DNA from: Azolla caroliniana
Lineage: Eukaryota; Plantae; Polypodiophyta
Direction: 5' to 3'
DNA: 64,000 nt
Assembly: GCA_043228905.1 (NCBI GenBank)
Contig: JBHGNT010000007.1
Location: 19,840,001 to 19,904,000, forward strand
Below the pieces are notes generated by a model, which was not told where the DNA came from, did not search any database, and was given only the letters and a program-made list of their open reading frames with translations. The translations under genes were made by a program, and so were the position numbers. Shown here one piece after another: positions 24,701 to 36,700 of this stretch. The stretch's first letter is position 1, and every line of letters begins with the position of its first letter.

Positions 24701-27700
24701 GGAAGCTCAAGCCTAAACCGAACCACCAAACCGCGCGATTTGGCGGTTCGGTTTAGGCTTGAGCCAAGCCGTTGCTGATTCCTACCATGTCTTTTCACTC
24801 GTACTAATCGAGTGACAATAACCGCAGAAGGACTATACAAGAGAAGCACCTTGGTCTCAAGTGAACACAAAAATTGAAGAAGAAGAGATTAGGAGTGCAA
24901 GAGAATCATCACTTAAAAGAGAATTTACCAAAATAGCCCTTATTTTTCCAGAAAGTTTGAAAATGTTTTCATGTATGTACATATATTATATGTAGACATA
25001 TATAAATTGGGCGGTAGGCTGAGACAGAGCAGGGCCTTCGGAAGCCTGCAAGATCTCTGCGCGGAGATAGGCAGACAGCTGCACGCCTTCATCGATCGAT
25101 CGATCGGTCGGGCTCTCTCCTCTGCCTGATACCCAGAGAAAGGATCCATGGGCAAGAAATTGGATGGAGGGGTTGCAGGGAGCAGGGGTTTGCGAGATGC
25201 TAGTAAAGTGTTGATCGCCGTGTCTTTGGGCACCCTCATGGGCCTCCTCTGGTCCTTCTACCAGCCCCATGGACTCTTCTCTCACTATCGGGTATGCCTG
25301 CAATCTTTCGTACTCTGTGTTCTTGTATGATAAAGAGTGACACAGAGAGAGAGAGAGAGAGAGCCCATATGGATGTAAGCACAGTTGGTAAGGTTCTGTG
25401 GCGAAGTCGAGAAGGTCATGCCTTCCAAGTTCCAACTCCTACATTCCACAGTGGCATCTAGTAAACTTAAGAAGAAATATGTATGGTATATATTAAGGAG
25501 GTGTGTAAGCCTAGCCTTTGAACCCCAAGGCCTAGGATTGGTAGAGTCTTGGTAGCATGGGCTATTTGTACCGAGTCTACAATTGAAATCAGTGTATATG
25601 ATCAGGATCAGTATGTTATTGCTATCCTAGTAGGGATGTATGATAGATATGATCTGCGCAATTTCTGCCATAGTGTAAGTGTATGATTAGTTATTGAATT
25701 ACTACTATAATGTGGATGCATGGAAAGATTTTAGAGAGAGAGAGAGTTATTTGTTTTTTCTTTGTTTTTGTTTTGCAAAGATGTCCTGTGAAAGAGAACC
25801 TCTAGGTCAAATCGACTCTTTGAAAGAAGAGCTGACAACACTCAAAGAGGAAAATACTGTTCTCAAAATAAACCTCAAGCAGATAGAGCAGCAGAAGGTA
25901 GCAGCCCTTCAACAGTTTGCTGCTCTTGGTCCACCGAAGAAGGCTGGAAAACTGGGTACAGTGAGAAGTCTGAGGACAAGTCCACCTGTGAAGCCCGATA
26001 TGAGCGTGAATCCAGAACTTGCCAAGATCTTGGCCAAAATAGCCCCAAATCAAGAGCTCTTAGTTGGAATTGCTAATTACAATGTAAGAGAGATGGTGAG
26101 GGTGTGGTTCTCTTCAATAAAGAGTGCAGGTATCAGTAATTACCTCCTTGTGGCATTAGATGATCCGATTGCTGAATTCTGTCGATCAAACCAAGTGCCA
26201 TTTTATCGGCGAGATGCCAGCATTCCAGATGCTCAGAAAGGAACTGGTGCTAACCATGCTATCTCAGGCCTTAAATTTCATCTCTTGAGAGAGTTTTTGG
26301 TGCTGGGATATAGTGTTCTGCTTTCTGATGTGGACATCCTCTTTTTTCAAAATCCCTTCTTACATCTCTATAGAGATTGTGATGTCGAATCCATGACAGA
26401 TGGGGATACAAATTATACAGCATATGGTTATGATGATGTCTCAGATGATGCGAAGATGGGTTGGGCAAGGTTTGCCCATACTATGAGAATATGGGTATTT
26501 AACTCAGGGTTATTCTACATTAGGCCAACTGTTCCATCTATTGAATTGCTGGACCGTGTAACTACTCGGCTAGCAAAAGAAAAAGCATGGGATCAAGCGG
26601 TATTCAATGAGGAGCTCTTCTTTCCATCTCACCCGGGTTATGAAGGGCTTCATGCATCAAAGAGAGTTATGGATTACTACCTCTTTATGAACAGCAAAGT
26701 CATGTTCACAAAGATAAGGAAAGACCCTAGCTTTGACAATTTTCTGCCGGTTTCCTTGCACGTGAATTATCATCCAGATAAGTATGAACGGATGGTTGCC
26801 CTTGTGGAGTATTTTACCAAGGGAAAAAAAGATGCATTAAAGAGATTTCCCGATGGGTCAGAGTGAGATTATGAGTCAGAGTGAGATTATCAATGGGTCA
26901 AGAGTGAGATTATGAGTCAGAGTGAGATTATCAATGGCAGGAATATCAGATTGTACTGATAATCAACTTTTTTAGTGGTTTCTTGCTTGTACTTTGATAA
27001 GAATGTTACTCGTTGCAGGTGCTTCCCGTGCTTCAGAGACCTCTCCATTATCATTATGGATCTACCTATGTTAGAGATCTTTTGGAGACTACAAATTTCA
27101 ATATATCTGACTCATACCGGTAGCAAGACTCTTTAGTCACTTTTTATCTTATTTACTTTTTTTTAACTTTAGAAACATTTTGGTTTGTTCTCAAAGGCGA
27201 GACAACAATTGAGATGTAATCTTTTGTTTGGTCTTACAGATCATTTCAGCCTCTTAAAAGATGTTAATATATCTTTGTCTCTCAGAATTGTGTATTTATC
27301 TGTCAATTTTTATTTGTACTCAGATTTTTTAAAATTGACTCAGATCTTGTATCTAACGTTCATATTAACTAAAGGTTCCATTCTTTTTTGACTTATTCAA
27401 TGTAAGGTCCTACCAAGTAGTGGGAAAAGAACATGTCACACTAATTAACTGATTGGCTGATTCAATATAAAACCGTACCATGTAAATAACTAGTGGAAAA
27501 AGAACATATCATACTAATTAACCAATGGCAATAAAGACTTAAATGGTTATTGAAACATACGAATACATGCCTTCTCATTGGAAATTAAATTTTGAACGAT
27601 GACATCAGTCAAAGACTCTCGGAAGGCATACTGCTCTAGGTGTAGACCATGTATCTGTGACATAAAGGAATGATCCATTGTCAAATAATTAAAATTTAGA

Positions 27701-30700
27701 ATGTTTGCACCACGTTTATCTTGGTCTATTGGTAAATTGAAAGAATAATCATTCTCGATAAAAATCTACTATATGTACAAACTAAGTGTACAGTTTACCA
27801 GATTAATTTTACCACTGTCATTAACAAGTTCATAGGGCCTACCAAATGGAAGTCAACTCTAGGAGAAAAGATAGATACATTGAAAATCGAAAGTAAAAAA
27901 GCTTATGTTCTTCCACATAAATAGGACGTCATGAGCTATTCATGCAATCAGCAACATAGTACTATACTGGAATTGGATATTATAGGAGAGAGAAGCTCTG
28001 AAGCCACATGAGATACTACTACAAGGGTGATGCTTGCCCTACGAGATATATATGTATATAATCAAGATTCGAAATATTTAAATCTGAAATCATACCTTCA
28101 TGAATACTATCTGAACCATGGAAATGCAACCATCATTGCACGCAATGGCAACATAATCTTGTTTAGGATGTGATCTTACAACAGAGATCTGGTCCAATGT
28201 CTCGCACAGAATTGCAAGCTTAACACCTTCTTTTGTGTAGAATACAACCTGAAATTGTATATTATTAAAACACTTCCTACCCCAAAATTACAATAGCAAA
28301 GAATCTCACCTTATTTGTCGGGGAAAACTTAAATCATGAAAAAACCAGTCACAAAGTTTCCATATACTCTTTAATAATGAGGTGAGTACACAATGGTATG
28401 CCATCATCAATTGCAAGGAGTATGGATAAGACTAAAGGTATTGATTCTAGGAGGTTTATTTTACCTTGGATCAGCACAGCACTTTCTTTTAGTAATTTAC
28501 AATAAGCTTTTTCTCAGTCATTTTGTATAAGCTTCCGGTTTTTGTAGGTACAAAGAGGTATGCACTGGATCCTGGAGTTAATATCTCAATTGAAATGAGG
28601 ATGATGGGATGCTAGTGCAGTTTAGGATATTCTTGGATAAAAACTAGAAGAGACTATACAGCACCTAGAAAAAGAAAAAACTGATTCACTTAAAGATAAT
28701 AAATGGTGGGTTGGTCACCTCCTGATCCCAGACGAGATCTCTCCTGTCCAACACCAGAGACGGAATGTCCTTGATAACTTTCAAATATAGGTCCTCATTC
28801 ACTATGGATAGAACCTAGAGAAACCTTTAGAAGGTTCTGTATCCTTTTGGGGTTCTCATATATCCTGCCCTCTTAAGCATTTTTTAAGGTTTGAATATAT
28901 TCTGTCCAGATTCTGTAACGAAAATAACTTCTCCATCAAGTGTGCACACAAAAGACCAACACAGAGTAGAGCAAAAAAAAGCTCACATTGGGACGTGGTG
29001 AAGGTAATGAAGAGAAGTATATCACTCAAATTGTAAGTAATGCCCATGATAGGCTGACAAACCAACAAGCTGGCTCACATGTGACGAAAATCCTGAAACC
29101 TTCTAGCACCCGACCAATCAACTCTTCCTCAGATTTAAGGTCAAGCCAATTTAGTCATCCTTGTTAGCCATCCTATGAAGCATAGGTAATTCATGAGTAG
29201 CAATGATGAACAAAGAAAACTCGATGTGGACATCCCTGCCTGACTAATGTAAACAAATTACTGGATTTTGTAACCAAACCATGGAACTGATGTAAATTTA
29301 AGACGGGGGCATACAGCATGCACACACCACATTTTGTATTGGCCCCAATACAAGAATTCAACTTATTTGAGCATAAGTATTTTCTAAATCTAGAATTGGC
29401 ATAAAATTGTAATGTTTTGTATAATTTAATCCACGCCATTTGTATAACTAAATTGTGTGCAATGTCCATTCCCCATCTAAATCCATAGTCACTAGGATGA
29501 ACTAATGATGTTGACATTTCTGCACAATGATGGTAATGACTGCAATGAAAAATTATATCATCCATTGAAAGTTTCTTCCGCTGAGTAAACATGCCAGGAT
29601 TTGCAAGTTTAGGTAAAAGCTAATGAGCCCAACCTTATATAAATTTGAAATCATGCCAGATCACAATGAAACAATAACTGGTGTCTTATGTCAACAGCAT
29701 AAAATTTTAAGGATTCATCAGTAAGGCCATCCTATCTCAAACTCTATCCAGCAGAAAAGTGAGAAACCACATAGTTTGTCATCAAAATTTTCCAGGGACA
29801 TGATCTCTCACGCTGCATCATATAGATCTTCTCCTCATTGTCCAGCTCTATCATCCTTTAATGGATTCCCAGTTTCCGTAAGTGCATCATTTACAATCCT
29901 ACAATCACATTCATTGGACCAACATTGACTACAGAGTTATAAAGGTAGGTGAGGGTGTAATCTACCTGCCTGTTGGAGCCACCAATACAAATAAATTGTG
30001 TACCATAGTAACACAATGAACAAGAGTTAAAACCAAGGTTGTTATCCTTTCCAACCTGTCAAAAGAATGAGATGGCAACAGAGTTTCTGTTAAGTTTCAA
30101 CCAGAAATAATCCTGAAACTGTGGAATTTTCCGTATCTACCACATGAAAATAGCAAACCTGCTTGCCTGATAAGTCGTAGAAAGACAAAGTTCCGTCCAT
30201 ACAGCCAATAGATAGAGTACTAGATGTCTTATTTTTTGTTACATTCCATTGTAATGCACAGACAGCAGAACTTCTCTCAATTTTCATCTGCTCTCACCGA
30301 AAAATATAAAGCAAAGATGTTATATTTGCCATTCTCTAAAGAATCTCCAATAGAATCTCAACAGAATTTCCAAAACACATGAAGTTTAACACCATCAAAC
30401 TATGCACATTATTAATCTTTTTTCTTTCAAAGTATTCATTGCTGTTCTCCCATGAAGCTATCATCAAATCATGCTGCAACGACCTCAAAAACTAATCCAA
30501 ATTACAGTGAACATGTTGCACATGCAAAATACAGTTCTCAGCAAACAATCTTCAACAAAAGATCACCTACATGAGCCTTCTCAAAAGGAAAATAAAATAA
30601 ACCTCTTTTATAGATTAAAAAAATTGTACATTGTGTTCCGAATGTTCATTTTGGGTTAAAACTTTGATTCCAAGAACAAACATGGAACCCATGAACGCAA

Positions 30701-33700
30701 TCAACTCAATGAATGGTGAATCACATCTTGGTTGCCTCTCCTTCTCTAACTGTTTTTTAATATCGTAATCAGACTTTATGAGTATTGTGCAACAAGAATA
30801 TTAGCAGAACATGGTGATCATTTGAATAATAGATTAAACAACCCAAAAACAACTACAGCCAATATGACATTGAGAGAACCTAGTCAGAAATAGCCACTGG
30901 CTATCTTTGCAAATATAAAAAATCATGCTGAAACTAAAGAATTCTGGTTACTTTAATCATGTGGGGATGGGTTGTTCCCCATGATCTCAGAATAGGTATT
31001 AAAAATCTATTTTCCATCTCTCACTAGGATATGAGTGAATCTCATAGAGAGAAAAATCCAGCACGCCCACCATCCATCCCTTGAAGGAAAATGTTCTCAA
31101 AAAAAGTCGTATTTGTCCTCTAAAAGATGTAGAAAAAAAATATGTAAGTAGTGTTTGTAGTTGAATCTGTTTGGATGGATATACAGATTATTTGAGAGAA
31201 TTGATTGGGTGAATATAGAAATTATAAAAACTCTTGGATCATGAGATCTGTTACCTGTAGCATGCAAAGAATGCTAACCCACCACTTTAATGCAAGATTA
31301 TTAATGTAATGACTTGTTTCAGCGTTTCTGTTTGATAGTGAAAGCTATGCTTGTGTTCTAACGGCCAGTTTTACCTTCATGTTGAATAAGCAAGCTTCAA
31401 CCACAGAATTTGACAGACTGTTGATTCCCTGATTCTCGTAAAGTGAATATGATTCACACATAATGAACATTTCATTACATCAGGACAATCAATTTAACTA
31501 CTACTAGATTGCTTACACATCTCCCAGCTTGGCCCCCCACATTCTGTCTTCTAAATTCGAACTGCTCTTAGTATTGTGGACACATTTTTTCTTTTTCCCA
31601 AATTTCCTCTAGGAAAATAAAAAGTATATAATTAATTTGTTTTAGGCTTCAATAAGAAACAGTAGATGGAGAGAGAGCAATTTCTCGAGAATGAAATATT
31701 CTATTGTAATTCTCTATCTTAATGGAGAGAAAACAAAATTTTACAAAATCTACTTTGAAAAAAAATCACGAGAATTTGAATGATTTACACATTACTGGGA
31801 TATAGTTTGTCTCCTTCATTACCATCACAATTGCTTCTTGCAGGCCTCACAATCATTCTTACAACTTCTAGACAAATGGAATTATACAATGACTTTACTA
31901 ATATATCAAAATCTTTATAAAGTTGATTTATAATATCTGAAAAGAATCTTTTCATTTACTATTATTTAATATTACTCTATCAAAATCTCTGAACAATTCC
32001 ACATGGAAGACCTTGAAATTTTCCTCATTATCAAACCTTACGGATCGATAGAAATTCCATTTTCTTACCTGCTCAACGCCATTTTTATCGCATATCAAAA
32101 CTTGTCCATTATACATGCCCAAAGCTAATTTTTGTCCATCACCAGTCCATGAGAGTGATAACACCTGCTATCAAGAAGTTTCTTCTCTTTGTAATAATCA
32201 CATTTTATAGGTGGAGTATTAGTAGTTTCAATGGACACGTATCGAATCCCACCTTTGACACAGTCTTGTGTTTTAAAACAGTCTTCTGCTCTGGAGACCA
32301 GATACCAAAATCACTGCATGTCCCACTTGCCAACTATGATTTTAGAGAAATTAGAAAAATGTGTGTAAATATGTGGTCCAGAATGTTTCCTCTATGCAAT
32401 AAAACAAAAATTTAAGAACGTAAAATTAGAAATCTGGTTACCTGCTGAGTGACAGGATTATATGCAAGGCACTGCACGCGATCATTGTGACTAAACTTCA
32501 GAATACCCTCTGCCTGGACAGAGACCATATTCAAACACTTACACAAGCAAGGAAACGGTAAGAAGAGAGCAAACGTATCTGTTAAGAAATGTAAGTGGTC
32601 AATATTCAAGGGGTTCTATCTATATAAGCAACCTATATGATCATGATTTGATGAAAATGAAAATCTCAAAGTAAAAATTACACTGAGTCATCCCCACATA
32701 AAATACGAGATCAATTTCAGAAGACTAGTCAGTCAAGTCACAAAAATATTTTCCAGAGATTATGAATAAACTATATTTCATTGGTAAGTATGTTATGAGT
32801 TATCTTCTGTAGGAATCATGAAATATGTAGGCACAGGATGTTAAGGCAGAATTGCAATGTGATGAGATTGAAGAATGACAGAAGTTTCATTCTATTACCT
32901 CCCCCTCTCCCCTTCCAAACGAAACAAAACTTGTATTTTTAACTAATAGAAGATGTATCTAACTCATAAAATATAATCCAGACGGATTTTATATATATTT
33001 TATTACTTTATGGAATCTGCAAGAGACAAGAATATAGCCCCATCAATTACTTTAATTAACCCATTGCCTCCAGAGATACATATACACCATTCAAGAAGAA
33101 TAGAAATCTCAATCACTTCACATCAAACTTTGGAATACACCCAGAATATAATACAGACAGAGATAAACAAAGGTGCAGGGCATTATTCGCAGATGGCTGA
33201 ATTCATAGAGCGTCACATATTAAGATGAACACAAACCTTGTAATTCCATATAATGACAGTCTTGTCAGCTCCTCCTGAAGCAAATCGTTTTCCATCCCGT
33301 GAATAGGAAACACAGAGAACAATATCTTTATGTCCTGAGGAAATAGAGAAACAGAAATTAAATCCAATGAACTCTGATAATGAAACATTACAAGAGTTGG
33401 AAGATGCAGAACAGAAGCACTGGTTTTCCATCAAGTTCCCAGAAAATTTTACTTTGCAATTCCTCCATCATTTCTCATGTTGTGAACCAGATTTTGCAAA
33501 ATTTTAGATCTCTACAATAAAATCCTTTGTGCATTACAAAAGTGGGTAGCCATATTACTAGTACTCTAAAGTGTGCAACTGACCCTTAAGGGAGTGAAGA
33601 AGATCGCCTTCAATTGCATCATATACAAGCACACGGCAACCAACTGCTGCAACAAGTTGACTGCCATCTGATTCAAACAAACGTTGCTCACATCTCTAAA

Positions 33701-36700
33701 CCACCAAAAGATTTAAAAGTACAAGATGTCTTTCTAAAACACAAAGCAACAGAACTTATATAGCGCGAATGAAGTGAAAAAGCATTACATTAGAATGATA
33801 AAGCTTTACCTGGTCGAAATGCAATATCATTGCATGCACATTGTATTCCCTCGTGAGTATGCTGAAATAATTCCAAATAAAAGCTCTGAATGTTAAGTGC
33901 TTACCCAATGAGATTATCTGTTACCTTAGGCAATTTAACTGATTTAATTACATTTTTTTGGGTATGTTGTTCTAGAATATGAGACAACATTTCAAGGTGT
34001 AATCTCTCATTCCATTCATAGCCCATTTCAGCCTTCTTAAAACACATTAATATATCCTTCTTTCTTTCATAAACCATTGTTGCATTTGAGCATACGACAA
34101 TGAACATCTCCATGTTCTAGATATAATCCAGGGAGAGATGGGAGCAACCCCTATAATCATCGAGTCATTATTCTGATCAGTGACCTGTATCCAACGACTT
34201 TGGGAGCTCCCTAAAGAAGGTACTCGAGTTGGCACTTATGTCATCGAAACAACTCACTGAACATAGAGAAGTTCACTGTTGGTATGCTAAAATGCAATTG
34301 TAGTTCGAGACATATGGCATAAGCTCAAATGCACTACCCCTTTTCCAATGTACCTTGGGTTTTCCCCATCTAAACATTACCAAAGTGGAAAAGAATAGAG
34401 TGATCCAAGCTGATATTATTAACTTGGAAAACAAGATAACATGGAACAGCCCCAAAATATTGCTTGGTAGGAAGATGGCCCATTATAAGACACTTTTTAC
34501 ACACATCGGAGGATGGATTCATCATCAGGCTATTTTATATGGAGATACATTTATCTTATGTGTTGTGCAGTGTGATTTGCTGAAGTGAAATTCATCACAT
34601 CAATTAGAGATTGCAGTAGGCAGATATGCACGAATATCTCTAGAATTTCCCAACTGTGTCATCAAGAAATGGAATCCGACGCTACTATGTTTGCCACTGT
34701 AGTGATTTTTATGAAATGAGAGGGAGATACCATTGCCTCTTTAAGCAAGGATTTAGCCCACTACACAAGGTAATGGAATATGAGGACTAATCGTGCTTGG
34801 GACTTTTCTTGCTAGAACTCAAGAGACACAGGGAAACATTAATAAAGCTCATCAACAAAGAACAATCACAACTTCTTTAGCCCCATCACTCCTACTCATG
34901 CTACAAGTCAATCAAGGGCTACACAAATGGGCTCTTGACCAGGACATGACGAAGGGGTTATTATAGATCAGGCAATAGCAATTTGTCGTGCACGTAAGCC
35001 CCAACCCCATGCACCACAATCTCACCACCCTTGCCATTGAATGATAAAGGCCATTATCTCCCGCCTTCGCAAGTGCTTCCCTCACTTCGGAGACCTCTCC
35101 ATTCTGGGTTGACCTATGCTAGAGATCTTTGAAGACAAAAATTACAATATATCTAACTGAGAATCTTACATGTGCCAATAACAAGATTCTTTAGTTATTT
35201 ACTTTTTTTACTAAGTAACATTTAGTTATTTTGATTTGTTGTTTCAAAGGCAATACAACACTTAAATGTAATCTCTTGTTTGGTCTTATAGGCCATTTTG
35301 GCTTCTTAAAAGACATTAACATATCTTTCTTTCTTAAAAATAGAAGTACTCATTTTACTAGGTAGATTGTAGTTTAATCATTCATTCTGTTTGTTTCTTA
35401 GATGAGACTATTGTTTCAGCTGTAACCCCCCTATTTGATTTCATCGGCCATTCTCTGTTCAGACTCATGTAATCTCTCATTCAGTTGCATAAGCCATCTT
35501 TGCCTATTACAAGACATTAACATGTTTTTCTCACTTAAACATAGCACATACTTTAAAGGTAGACTTTAAGTAGTTTGATGATTAGATTCTGGTATTTATT
35601 CTTAGATGAGTCATCATTCGGGTGTAATCTGCTGTTGAGTCTCAGAAGCAATTCTTTGTCTCAGGGTCTACATCTCAGGTTATATTTTACACTGCATCTC
35701 CCATATATCTTGAACCCATTCTCCTTATTTCATTGTACTTTGATAACAGCCTTGAGAAGCTATCTTATTTAGGTATACTTTAGTTTTCCCTTGTCTTCCC
35801 AAACAGTTTAGAAGATTCTCACGGACCTATAATGTTTGGTCACATAGGTCAGTTTGGCCTTTTGAGGATGTTAATATAAAATTTTGTTTTATTTTTGCCC
35901 TAAGCGTCAAGAAATTTTCTTGTCTTTCATCTTCTTCCCTTGAAAAGCAAGTAGAAGCTCATTCCAAACAATTACCAAGGTATACACTATACTCCCATTT
36001 AGCTTGTATCCATGGTCCTTATGTTATTGTACTTAAATAACAGCCTCGTTATACAGGGAAGCTACCTAATATAGATAGAATTTAAATTTTCCTTTATTTT
36101 CACCAGACATTCTGGAAATTTCACATGGCATAACTTTTATTCCATAGGTCACTTTGTCGTTTTGAAGATGTTACTATAACATTTCATTTCATTTCTGCCC
36201 ACGATGTCAAGAAAACTTGTTGTCTTTCATCTTCTTCCCTTGAAGAACAAGTAAAAGCTCACTCCAAATAGTGACCAAGGTATACGTTAAGGTTGTCGTC
36301 ACAAATGATAACTAATGTGCATGTCATAAAATGAGAGTCATAAGTTGACTTCACTCCCACACTCCGTGGGCACATTAGGAGATCCAAAAGCAATGATAAA
36401 GCATGATATCACGTCTTCCAGACGTGGGGTCATGCCCAATCCTAGTAGTGTCAGCATCAAATGACTAGAAGCTATCCCACACGTGACATAAAAAAAGATG
36501 ATCGAGCCCAGAATGAATGTGATATTGTAACAGTATGTGAATGGCTGTGCTAATCAATCTGTTTATGCCGCACCACGGTAGGGCTCCCCCTTTTTTTGTA
36601 CGAAATAATAACTTACTGTATTGACTCCCACTCCTGTAACCCCTATCCCGAGTATCACAAGTGGCATCATCCTCCAAAACATACAAACACTGAACATGGA

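Noticed and set aside
25694-25780. N-terminus of the 390-aa ORF as the RRA start
   Set aside because: Non-ATG start in intronic sequence (GA repeat and pyrimidine tract). The membrane-anchor exon is 25148-25291.
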